Shown one piece after another: positions 27,585-36,372 of a stretch of DNA of 64,000 nt. Every line of letters starts with the position of its first letter. Position 1 is the first letter of the stretch. Below the pieces are notes generated by a model. That model made no database searches, was not told where the DNA came from, and saw only the letters and a program-made list of their open reading frames with translations. Origin of the DNA: Anaerolineae bacterium (GTDB lineage Bacteria > Chloroflexota > Anaerolineae > Anaerolineales > UBA4823); assembly GCA_041301185.1 (NCBI GenBank), contig JBFYSV010000347.1, positions 1,697 through 65,696 of the forward strand. Direction: 5' to 3'. The position numbers and the translations under genes are program-made.

Positions 27585-27636
27585 ATTTACAATAAAGGTA
27601 ATTTACTCGTAATAAATTCGCGATCCAGGTGCAAAT

Positions 27637-28851
27637 TTGTTAACTAATCTGTCAGATATCCATTCCAGATACTATAACAAACGCGTCAGCCTGGATTTAA
27701 TCCGTTTTACGCCCGGGGGGATATCACGGGCAGATCTGGCACGCAGCCTGGCAATTACTCGTTCCGCAGTCACCACCATCGTTAATGACTTGATAGAGGC
27801 CAGTATCGTCCGCGAGGCTGAAGATGGTCCAACAACCGGTGGGCGGCGACCGATCTTATTGGAGCTGAACCCTCAGCGCGGCAAATTTGTGGGGGTCGAC
27901 ATCGGGGCAACTCACGTTGGGTTTTTGGTCACCGATTTTGCGTGCGGCGTCCTGCATGAGGTTGAGAAATCCTTTGATATATCTGTATCTCCTGATCTTG
28001 GCTTAAACCAAATCGACCGGTATTTACGGGAAATGCTCACAGGGCTTTCCCTTGATCTGAGTGAAATATTGGTGATTGGGGTTGGGATCCCGGGTCCGGT
28101 AGAATCTGACCAAGGCCTGGTTATTTCACCTCCGCTCATGCCGGGTTGGGAAAATTACCCGATCCGCGCCCATCTGGAGGAGATGTGGAAGCTGCCAGTC
28201 AGCCTCAACAATGATGCTGAGCTGGGTGCCTTGGGGGAATGGGCATATGGAGCCGGACGAGGGGAGCGCCACCTGGCATATATTAAAGTTGGATCAGGAA
28301 TCGGAGCAGGCCTGTTAATTGATGGTAAGATTTTTCGCGGTGCAACTGGCTCCGCTGGCGAGATTGGTCATACAACCATCAGGGAGGATGGCCCTTTGTG
28401 CACTTGCGGCAACCATGGTTGCCTGGAGACACTCGCTGGGGGAAAAGCAATCGCTAATCGAGCGAACGAAGCTGTGCAATCCGGCCGGCGCACAATGATG
28501 GCTTCCATCGAGCCAGTCAACCACATCACAGCTCGAGACGTGGCGGATGCAGCCCGCCGAGGGGATTTGGTTGCACAGCAGATTATGAAAGATGCGGGAA
28601 CATACCTGGGTATCGCGATTGCCAGCCTGGTCAATCTATTCAATCCGAATATGGTCGTTGTTGGGGGTGGCATAGCGCAGATGGGCGATCTTCTATTACA
28701 GCCTATCCGCCAGGTGGTGCAACAGCGCAGCTTGCGCTCTTCAGTGCAAGCGGTGCGAATCAACACTTCGGTCCTTGGTCGCCGGTCCAGTAGTATGGGA
28801 GCGGTCGTCCAGGCACAAAACACTTTTCTAGACCATTGGACTAAGGAGTAG
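27637..28851 (+). CDS. ROK-family transcriptional regulator (N-terminal wHTH + sugar-kinase fold)
   Basis: GISRADLARSLAITRSAVTTIVNDL, GVDIGATH and the zinc motif CTCGNHGCLE. No in-frame ATG near the 5' end, so a TTG start is assumed. Confidence 0.85.
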   Translation: MLTNLSDIHSRYYNKRVSLDLIRFTPGGISRADLARSLAITRSAVTTIVNDLIEASIVREAEDGPTTGGRRPILLELNPQRGKFVGVDIGATHVGFLVTDFACGVLHEVEKSFDISVSPDLGLNQIDRYLREMLTGLSLDLSEILVIGVGIPGPVESDQGLVISPPLMPGWENYPIRAHLEEMWKLPVSLNNDAELGALGEWAYGAGRGERHLAYIKVGSGIGAGLLIDGKIFRGATGSAGEIGHTTIREDGPLCTCGNHGCLETLAGGKAIANRANEAVQSGRRTMMASIEPVNHITARDVADAARRGDLVAQQIMKDAGTYLGIAIASLVNLFNPNMVVVGGGIAQMGDLLLQPIRQVVQQRSLRSSVQAVRINTSVLGRRSSSMGAVVQAQNTFLDHWTKE

Positions 28852-29002
28852 AGGATTATAATGTTGAACAAGGAGGTTATACCATTTGGAGAATTGAGAG
28901 AACACGCCCTATATGTTTAATCACAATGATCAACCACAAAATCCCATTGTCAGGTTCGCCTGACGAAACACACACTTCCTAAGGTTAAGGAGAAGGTTAC
29001 AA

Positions 29003-31399
29003 ATGAGTAAGAAACTATGGACATTGTTTAGCTTGCTTCTGGTTTCAGCGATGATCCTGACCGCCTGTGGCGGACAGGCCACTGAAGCGCCAGTAGCTAC
29101 CGAAGCTCCGGCAGAGGAAGCACCTGCTGCCACCGAAGCACCCGTTGAAGAAGAGGCACCCTCCCTCTCTGGAAACATCACCCTGTGGCACTCGCTTAAA
29201 GAAGGCGAGATCGAGGGTATGACTGCAGCTGCTGAGCTTTTCTCGGCTGCCAACCCAGATGTGACATTCGACCAGCTCTTCATCCCGTTTGATGACCTGC
29301 GCGGTAAATACGAGACCGCGGTTGGATCCGGCGAGGGTCCGTGCCTGTTGATCGGCGCGGCGGACTGGGGTCCGGCGATGTACAATGCTGACCTGGTGAT
29401 GGATGTCAGCCAGTTTGCTGAGCTGGAATTCCTGCAGGGCATTAACCAGGCTGCATTGGCCTCCGTGCGCTACAAGGATGCCATCATCGGTCTGCCTCTG
29501 GGACTGAAGGGCGTGGTCATGTTCCGCAACGCCAGCATCATTCCTGAAGCCCCGGCTGATTTTGACGACCTGGTGGCGAAGGCACAGGCTGCGACCGCTG
29601 GCGATGTGGTTGGCGCCAACCTGGAGCGTGGCTTCTTCTTCTCCGCCGGGCACCTGGCGGGGCAGGGTGGTCAGCTCATGGATACCGATGGCAACCCGAC
29701 CTTCAATGACGATACGGGTATTGCCTGGGCAGAACTGTTGAACCGCTTCACCGAAGCTGGTCCGGCTGAGTACTACACCGATAACGATGTCAACCTGTTC
29801 AAAGCTAACGCAGCCGGTATGATCATCGACGGCACCTGGAACATGAACGACCTGGCGGCTGCCATCGGTGAAGAGAACCTGCAGGTTGACCCGTGGCCGG
29901 CGGGGATGTCGGGTTATGTCCAGAACGACAACCTTTTTATGGGCGCCAACACCACAGAAGAAGACCAGGCTGCATGCTGGGGCTTTATGGAGTACCTCCT
30001 GACTCAAGAAGCCCAGGCAGTGATTGCTGAGAACAACACCGGCTTCTTGCCGGCAGCGCTGGGTGTGTCTGTCCCGGATCGCCTGCGCCAGCAGGCAGTG
30101 GCAGCTTTTGAAGGCGGTACAGCCTTCCCGGTGATCCCCGAGATGGGCGCTTACTGGGGTCCGATGGATACCGCCCTGAAGTCCGTTTTTGACGAGAGCG
30201 GCGATCCGGCGTTTGCACTGGCTCAGGCAGAGAACTCGGTCAATGCCGCTGTGGCCGAAATTCGCGGCGAAGCAGCTCCTGAGGCTGAAGTACTCGGCAC
30301 AATCACCCTGTGGCACTCGCTGAAAGAAGGCGAGATCGAGGGTCTGACTGCGGCTGCTGAACTGTTCGCAGAGAGAAATCCTGGGATTACCTTCGACCAG
30401 CTCTTCGTCCCGTTCGAAGACCTGCGCGCCAAGTACGAGACCGCAGTAGCTTCGGGTGAAGGCCCGACCCTGCTCATCGGCGCGGCGGACTGGGGTCCGG
30501 CGTTCTACAATGCCGAGTTGGTGACCGACCTGACTCCCTTTGCCAGCACTGCCTTCCTGACTTCAATCAACCAGGCGGCTCTGGCATCTACCCAGTACAA
30601 GGGCGCGCTGGTAGGCCTGCCTTTGGGACTTAAGGGTGTGGTGATGTACCGCAACGCCAGCATTGTAGCTGAACCCCCCACTGATTTCGATGACTTGGTG
30701 GCCAAGGCACAGGCTGCGACCGCCGGTGATGTGGTCGGCGCCAGCCTGGAGCGCGGTCAATTCTTTGCATTTGGACACCTATCTGGACTTGGCGGACAAT
30801 TGATGACCCCTGAAGGCGACCCGGCATTCAATACCGAAGAAGGTGTTGCTTGGCTCGAGATGCTGAATCGCTTCACAGAAGCTGGCCCGGCAGAGTTCAA
30901 TGTCGATAACGATGTCAACCTGTTCAAGGCTGGCGCGGCTGGCATCATCATCGACGGCACCTGGAACCTGAACGATCTGGCGACAGCCATCGGCGAAGAT
31001 AACTTGAAGGTAGATGTCTGGCCGGCGGGGATGTCGGGTTACGTGCAGAACGACAATATCTACATGGGCGCCAATGCTGTGGACAACGATCAGGCAGCCA
31101 CCTGGGCTTTCATGAAGTTCCTGCTCACCCCAGATGCCCAGAAGCTGATTGCTGACAACAATAAGGGCTATATCCCCTCCGTGGCGGGTGTCGAAGTGCC
31201 TGACCGGCTGCGCCAGGAAGCCGTGGCAGCTTTCGCAGCTGGCACAGCTTTCCCGGTGATCCCCGAGATGAACGCATACTGGGGCCCGATGGAGACAGCT
31301 ATGAAATTAGTCTTTGACCAGGGCTCGGACCCGACGACCGCTTTAGGCGATGCTGAGACTGCGATCAACGAGGCTTTGCCTGCGATCCGTGGGCAATAA
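29003..31399 (+). CDS. Lipoprotein made of two tandem ABC sugar (maltodextrin-type) solute-binding domains
   Basis: Signal peptide + lipobox LTAC, an EAP-rich linker, then two roughly 370-aa family-1 SBP domains that are highly similar to each other (see the repeat feature). Confidence 0.9.
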   Translation: MSKKLWTLFSLLLVSAMILTACGGQATEAPVATEAPAEEAPAATEAPVEEEAPSLSGNITLWHSLKEGEIEGMTAAAELFSAANPDVTFDQLFIPFDDLRGKYETAVGSGEGPCLLIGAADWGPAMYNADLVMDVSQFAELEFLQGINQAALASVRYKDAIIGLPLGLKGVVMFRNASIIPEAPADFDDLVAKAQAATAGDVVGANLERGFFFSAGHLAGQGGQLMDTDGNPTFNDDTGIAWAELLNRFTEAGPAEYYTDNDVNLFKANAAGMIIDGTWNMNDLAAAIGEENLQVDPWPAGMSGYVQNDNLFMGANTTEEDQAACWGFMEYLLTQEAQAVIAENNTGFLPAALGVSVPDRLRQQAVAAFEGGTAFPVIPEMGAYWGPMDTALKSVFDESGDPAFALAQAENSVNAAVAEIRGEAAPEAEVLGTITLWHSLKEGEIEGLTAAAELFAERNPGITFDQLFVPFEDLRAKYETAVASGEGPTLLIGAADWGPAFYNAELVTDLTPFASTAFLTSINQAALASTQYKGALVGLPLGLKGVVMYRNASIVAEPPTDFDDLVAKAQAATAGDVVGASLERGQFFAFGHLSGLGGQLMTPEGDPAFNTEEGVAWLEMLNRFTEAGPAEFNVDNDVNLFKAGAAGIIIDGTWNLNDLATAIGEDNLKVDVWPAGMSGYVQNDNIYMGANAVDNDQAATWAFMKFLLTPDAQKLIADNNKGYIPSVAGVEVPDRLRQEAVAAFAAGTAFPVIPEMNAYWGPMETAMKLVFDQGSDPTTALGDAETAINEALPAIRGQ
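29171..31396 (+). repeat. Intragenic tandem duplication, period 1125 nt (375 codons), giving the two SBP domains
   Basis: The unit starting at 29171 and the unit starting at 30296 differ at 4 of their first 48 nt. 62 of the first 76 aa are identical (GNITLWHSLKEGEIEG... vs GTITLWHSLKEGEIEG...). Confidence 0.9.
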
Positions 31400-31440
31400 C
31401 AGCCCTGGATTATCCGTCGTGATTGGCTACTGATTACCTG

Positions 31441-31472
31441 CGCGGGTGGAAGGGATTTCCCTTCCACCCGCG
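31441..31472 (+). terminator. Strong stem-loop after the binding-protein gene (partial terminator or mRNA stabiliser)
   Basis: CGCGGGTGGAAGGGA / TCCCTTCCACCCGCG, 15-bp arms. The downstream U-tract is poor. Confidence 0.5.
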
Positions 31473-31536
31473 TTCGTAATATAATTAAGCTATTCACCGT
31501 TGAGACCCAATCTATCCATCATACAGGAGAGCGACT

Positions 31537-32589
31537 ATGGCCCAACAGACCCTGCCTTCTGCAACTCCAACCGATCTAAAGCTTGTCAGGCGTCAAGAGT
31601 TCAAGCACCGCCTGAAAGTCTCTCGCACTGCATGGTTATATATTCTGCCTTCCGGGATCCTGATGCTGATTATCTCTTTCTGGCCTCAGATTTACCAGGT
31701 GGGGATGTCTTTCACGGATTACCGGATTACAAACCTGCGTTTCAACCTGTTCAGGCCTGAAACCTGGGAGAAATACGCCCCTACGGTCATCGGTCTGGAA
31801 AACTATATCAAAGTTTTGACAAGCAATCTGGCAATCGAGAATTATAATTTCGTTCGTTTGCTGTTATTCAATATCGTCTGGACCCTCAGTAATATCATTT
31901 TTCATGTCGCGTTCGGCGTGCTCATCGCCCTGGCGTTGAACAGTAAGAACCTGATCGGTCGGAAATTCTATCGAGTGATGTTTGTACTCCCCTGGGCGAT
32001 CCCAGGTTATATTGCAGTACAAACCTGGCGCAATATGTACGATCCGCGCTTTGGGGCGATCAACCTGCTATTGGTAAAAGTAAATGATTTCTTAGGCACC
32101 AGTTTCCCAACCGACACGCGCTGGTTGGAAGTAGCTCACCAGTCAGGATTTTTATATTTTCTTCCGGTAGCCTTCTTTGCGGTCTTACTCGCCAACATCT
32201 GGTTGGGTTGGCCGTTCATGATGGTGGTTGCCACGGGTGCGTTGCAGTCAATTCCCAGCGAGCTTTACGAAGCGGCAGATATTGATGGCGCAAGTAGCTG
32301 GCAGAAATTTTGGAATGTGACTGTGCCGCTGATCCGCCCGGCGATGGTGCCGGCGATTATGTTGGGTACGATCTGGACTTTCAACCAGTTTAATGTCATT
32401 TACTTTATCTCTCGAGGCGGACCGTTTGGTCGTACCGAAATTCTGGTTACCCAGGCTTTCAAGCTGGTGTACGAGCAGCGCCTGTATGGCGTTGCGGCTG
32501 CTTTCAGCATCGTGGTGTTCTTTGTCTTACTGATAATCACCCTGATCAACAACCGTGTGACTCGTGCGACGGAGGCCTACAATGCCTAG
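31537..32589 (+). CDS. ABC sugar transporter permease (MalF/CUT1 type)
   Basis: Six TM segments. EAA loop: YEAADIDGASSWQKFWNVTVPLIRP. Confidence 0.9.
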   Translation: MAQQTLPSATPTDLKLVRRQEFKHRLKVSRTAWLYILPSGILMLIISFWPQIYQVGMSFTDYRITNLRFNLFRPETWEKYAPTVIGLENYIKVLTSNLAIENYNFVRLLLFNIVWTLSNIIFHVAFGVLIALALNSKNLIGRKFYRVMFVLPWAIPGYIAVQTWRNMYDPRFGAINLLLVKVNDFLGTSFPTDTRWLEVAHQSGFLYFLPVAFFAVLLANIWLGWPFMMVVATGALQSIPSELYEAADIDGASSWQKFWNVTVPLIRPAMVPAIMLGTIWTFNQFNVIYFISRGGPFGRTEILVTQAFKLVYEQRLYGVAAAFSIVVFFVLLIITLINNRVTRATEAYNA

Positions 32590-33481
32590 GAAAACCAAAG
32601 AAATTCTCAAACAAATCGGCTTGCAGATCTTTTTACTGACTGTGCTCGCCGCGGTGTTGTTCCCCTTCCTGTGGATTTTCTCAATGGCGCTCGACCCGCG
32701 CAATATCGACAAGCCACTTGAACTAACGATCTTCCCCCCTGGCGCGTCGCTGGATGCTTTTCGCAGGGTGCTATTAGAACCCTGGGGATTGTTGTGCAAA
32801 AACCCCAGCCTGCCTGAGACGTGCATGACCTTTGGCAAGTTGCTCGTGAACAGCCTGATTGTGTCATTAGGTGTTTCGGTGTTCGCGGTAGTTTTAGGTG
32901 CCTCAGCGGCATACGCCTTTTCCCGCTTCTCGTTTATTGGACGTCAGGCAGGTATGCTTGGATTCATTATTCTTCTGATGTTGCCTGCCAGCGCAACCCT
33001 GGCGCCTCTTTATGTATTACTGAGCCAGATCCGGATTGGAGGTGAAGCCCTGCGCGCCAGTCTGCTGGGATTGTCGATTGCTTATGCGGCAGGCACATTA
33101 CCTTTCGCGGTCTGGAATTTGAAAGGCTACTTTGATACCGTGCCAAAGGAATTGGAGGAGGCGGCGCTGATCGACGGCGCGACAGTAACCCAGACCTTCA
33201 TCCGTGTGATCATCCCGCTCTCGGTGCCCGCGTTGGCAGTGACGATCCTGTTCAGCTTTATGACAGGCTGGACGGAATTCATCCTGGCTTGGAGCTTCCT
33301 GGAAGATCCAGCCCGGTTCACCCTGGCGATGGCATTGCGCTCAATGGTAGGGCAGTTCTCCACGCCCTGGTCGGATTTCTCTGCCATGTCGATCCTGATG
33401 AGCGTGCCGATCATTCTACTCTTCTTCCTGCTGCAGCGCTATCTGGTCTCTGGTTTGACCGTTGGCGGTGTAAAGGGCTAA
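32582..33481 (+). CDS. ABC sugar transporter permease (MalG/CUT1 type)
   Basis: EAA loop EEAALIDGATVTQTFIRVIIPLSVP. ATG 32582 overlaps the upstream stop by 8 nt; the ORF track starts at 32564. Confidence 0.9.
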   Translation: MPRKTKEILKQIGLQIFLLTVLAAVLFPFLWIFSMALDPRNIDKPLELTIFPPGASLDAFRRVLLEPWGLLCKNPSLPETCMTFGKLLVNSLIVSLGVSVFAVVLGASAAYAFSRFSFIGRQAGMLGFIILLMLPASATLAPLYVLLSQIRIGGEALRASLLGLSIAYAAGTLPFAVWNLKGYFDTVPKELEEAALIDGATVTQTFIRVIIPLSVPALAVTILFSFMTGWTEFILAWSFLEDPARFTLAMALRSMVGQFSTPWSDFSAMSILMSVPIILLFFLLQRYLVSGLTVGGVKG

Positions 33482-33501
33482 TAACCGTTTATCAGTAAAA
33501 T

Positions 33502-35181
33502 ATGCTCAAGCGATTATCCAAGGCGGTGCCTGGGCTTTTGGTTGTCATGTTTGTGTTGTCAGCATGCTCCCAGGCATCGCCTGCTCCCGTGCAAACAGAA
33601 TCACTTAGGCTTTCCCCAACGCCAGGCATAACGCCTCCACAAGAAACCACCCAGGGGTCTGCGCCGACGGAGAGCGTCCAGCCAACCCCGGCAGCTACTC
33701 TGATCCCATACGAGACCCCGGACTGGTTCGATGGCGATATCCTTTACGAAATCTTCGTGCGGTCGTTTGCCGATTCAGATGGGGACGGCATCGGGGATTT
33801 GAATGGGATCACAGAACGATTAGATTATCTCCAGACTTTGGGAGTTGACACAGTCTGGTTAATGCCGGTCTACCCCTCTCCCTCAGATCATGGCTATGAT
33901 GTAAGCGATTATTTCGCGGTCAATCCACAATACGGCAGCCTCGAAGATCTACAGGCCCTGGTACAGGCTGTTCATGAGCGCGATATGCGCATTATCCTCG
34001 ATTTTGTACCTTCTCATCTCTCCAACCAGAATCCGATTTTTCAAGACGCTTTCAAGAATCCAGAATCAAAATATAGCGATTGGTTCGTCTGGACCAATGA
34101 AGCGCATAGTACCTATGCCGGGTTTGCGGATAATGAGGAGATGCCGCGCTTCAATCATTACAATCCCGAAGTGGTGGCTTACCTGGCGGAGGCGGCACGC
34201 TACTGGCTGGATCTGGACGGCGACGGTGATCTGACAGATGGTGTGGATGGTTTCCGGGTAGATAATATCACTTTTCCCCCGCAGGAGTTCCTGGTTGCCT
34301 TGCGCCAGGAGGTCAAATCTGCCAACCCCCAAGCCTTGCTGTTGGGAGAAGCCTGGGTGCATAACCCATCGGATATGAGTCGCTTCTATCCGGACCAATT
34401 CGATGCTTTGTTTGATTTCCCCTTGTATGAGATCATGCAGGGCAACCAGGACTCGAATGGGGATGGATTACTGGCTGGCAAGAGTTTTCCGGTGCTGATC
34501 ACCAGTCTGATGAAAGAGCAAGCCGCACGTTTTCCCGAGGAGGCAATTGCGCTGCGGTTTTTCAGCAATCATGATACCAACCGGATTGCAACTGAGCTAG
34601 CCGGTGATCCGGCTCGGCAGCGCTTAGCAATTGCTCTATTGGCAGCTTATCCAGGCCCGATGTTAGTTTATTATGGTGAAGAAATTGGCATGCCTGGACA
34701 AAAAGGCGGACCTCCAGATTACGATAACTACCGACGTGAGCCAATGGATTGGTACGCTGCCGAGGAAGGTCCTGGGCAGGCGAGTTGGTTCAAACCGGAG
34801 GATGGCTGGAACCAGCCGGGAGATGGTATCTCGGTTGAAGAGCAGGATTCTGACCCGGAATCGCTACTGGGCTACTATCGAAATGCACTGGCGATCCGCC
34901 AGCAAAATGCAGCCCTCCACCAGGGAGATTTTGCTATCTTGCAGCTGGATGCCAGCGGACCGGGAGCTTGGGCTTTCGTTCGCAGCCAAGGCGAGGACAG
35001 GGTGGTTGCTCTATTCAATTTCTCTGACCAGGATTTGGACGTAACCATCCCGGAGTTTCCATTTTCTGCGGGTGGTTTGGTTGATCTGTTATCCGGCACA
35101 GAATTCCCCCCAGTCGAGATGAGCCAGCCGTACACCTTGAGATTACCAGCTGCATCGGCGGTGTGGCTGTCAGCCAATTGA
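33502..35181 (+). CDS. Secreted GH13 alpha-amylase-family lipoprotein
   Basis: Lipobox LSAC, a T/P-rich linker, and GH13 regions DGDGIGDL, GVDTVWLMP, DGFRVDN, GEAW and FSNHD. Confidence 0.9.
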   Translation: MLKRLSKAVPGLLVVMFVLSACSQASPAPVQTESLRLSPTPGITPPQETTQGSAPTESVQPTPAATLIPYETPDWFDGDILYEIFVRSFADSDGDGIGDLNGITERLDYLQTLGVDTVWLMPVYPSPSDHGYDVSDYFAVNPQYGSLEDLQALVQAVHERDMRIILDFVPSHLSNQNPIFQDAFKNPESKYSDWFVWTNEAHSTYAGFADNEEMPRFNHYNPEVVAYLAEAARYWLDLDGDGDLTDGVDGFRVDNITFPPQEFLVALRQEVKSANPQALLLGEAWVHNPSDMSRFYPDQFDALFDFPLYEIMQGNQDSNGDGLLAGKSFPVLITSLMKEQAARFPEEAIALRFFSNHDTNRIATELAGDPARQRLAIALLAAYPGPMLVYYGEEIGMPGQKGGPPDYDNYRREPMDWYAAEEGPGQASWFKPEDGWNQPGDGISVEEQDSDPESLLGYYRNALAIRQQNAALHQGDFAILQLDASGPGAWAFVRSQGEDRVVALFNFSDQDLDVTIPEFPFSAGGLVDLLSGTEFPPVEMSQPYTLRLPAASAVWLSAN

Positions 35182-35249
35182 CCGCGGTTTTCGATGGCAG
35201 ATAACCTGCCTCGGCAGGTTGGGAATCTTGTTATCAATTTCAAAGCAAT

Positions 35250-36329
35250 ATGAAGAAATCAAAAACTCAAGTATCCAAGGGTTCGCAGCAGTCGCCTCAA
35301 ATCGAGGGGCAGCGGGTGACCATCATCTGGAAGGGGAGCAGTCCGCCACAGCTGGTGGGGGATTTTACCGATTGGGAAAGGGGAGGGCGGATTGACCTGG
35401 TCAGAGCTGGTCGAAACGTATGGGTGCACGAAATGGAACTGCCAGACGACGCTTATATGGAATATAGTTTTATCGATGGTGACGAGCGCATCCCTGACCC
35501 AATGAATCCAAACCTGACGCCGGATGGTTTTGGGCACAAGAACAACTATATTTATATGCATGGCGCTGCGCCAACCGATCTGACCAGGCGCGTGCCTGGG
35601 GTGGCTTATGGCACGCTAAAGACTTTCCAGGTAAAAACCTGGAAATTGATCGCAGGGAATTTGCGGCGTGTCCATCTTTACCAGCCGTCCACACCACAGG
35701 CTTGCCCGCTCCTGGTTGTGTGGGATGGGCGCGAATATTTGCGGCGAGCAAGATTACCCTATATCTTGGATAACCTGGTCCATCAGAAACGCATTCGCCC
35801 CGTAGCGTTGGCAATGGTAGAAAACAGCCAGTCGGGACGGATGATGGAATATTCGTGTAGTGATAGCACGCTGGTGTTCTTGCAGCATATCGTATTGCCT
35901 CTAGCACAAGAAGAGTTGAACCTGGTGGATATCTCCAACCAGCCCGGCGCGTACGGTGTATTGGGAGCTTCCATGGGCGGGCTGATGGCGCTATATACAG
36001 GTCTCAGGCTCTCGCATATATTTGGACACGTTCTCAGCCAATCCGGGGGTTTTACCCTTGCCGAAGGTGAAACCGTTGTGTACGAGCTGGTCAGGCGAGG
36101 TGATCTCAGAGCAATAAAGATCTGGATGAATGTGGGACTCTATGATTTTGTGAGTTTGTTGGCAGCCAACCGGGAGATGTACCCCTTGTTATCCAGCCGG
36201 GGATATGATGTAAGCTACCGGGAGTATCATGGCGGGCACAATTATCCCTCCTGGCGGAATGACCTGTGGCGCGGCTTGGAACATCATTTCGGTGAGCGTA
36301 ATTCCCCGGAGTCTGATCTACCCACGTAA
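35250..36329 (+). CDS. Esterase-family alpha/beta hydrolase with an N-terminal E-set/CBM48-like domain
   Basis: N-terminus VTIIWKGSSPPQLVGDFTDWE...MELPDDAYMEYSF. Nucleophile elbow GASMGGLMAL. C-terminal YHGGHN. Confidence 0.75.
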   Translation: MKKSKTQVSKGSQQSPQIEGQRVTIIWKGSSPPQLVGDFTDWERGGRIDLVRAGRNVWVHEMELPDDAYMEYSFIDGDERIPDPMNPNLTPDGFGHKNNYIYMHGAAPTDLTRRVPGVAYGTLKTFQVKTWKLIAGNLRRVHLYQPSTPQACPLLVVWDGREYLRRARLPYILDNLVHQKRIRPVALAMVENSQSGRMMEYSCSDSTLVFLQHIVLPLAQEELNLVDISNQPGAYGVLGASMGGLMALYTGLRLSHIFGHVLSQSGGFTLAEGETVVYELVRRGDLRAIKIWMNVGLYDFVSLLAANREMYPLLSSRGYDVSYREYHGGHNYPSWRNDLWRGLEHHFGERNSPESDLPT

Positions 36330-36372
36330 ACAGCGATCTCGCGCTGCAATAACGCGATCGATGTGAGCAAAG

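Noticed and set aside
29045-30316. A 423-aa ORF on the minus strand inside the double binding-protein gene.
   Set aside because: The + strand frame has a clear signal peptide, lipobox, SBP homology and the internal duplication. The antisense product is Arg/His/Gly-rich low complexity, with no start context. It is a typical stop-poor antisense frame of a GC3-rich gene.
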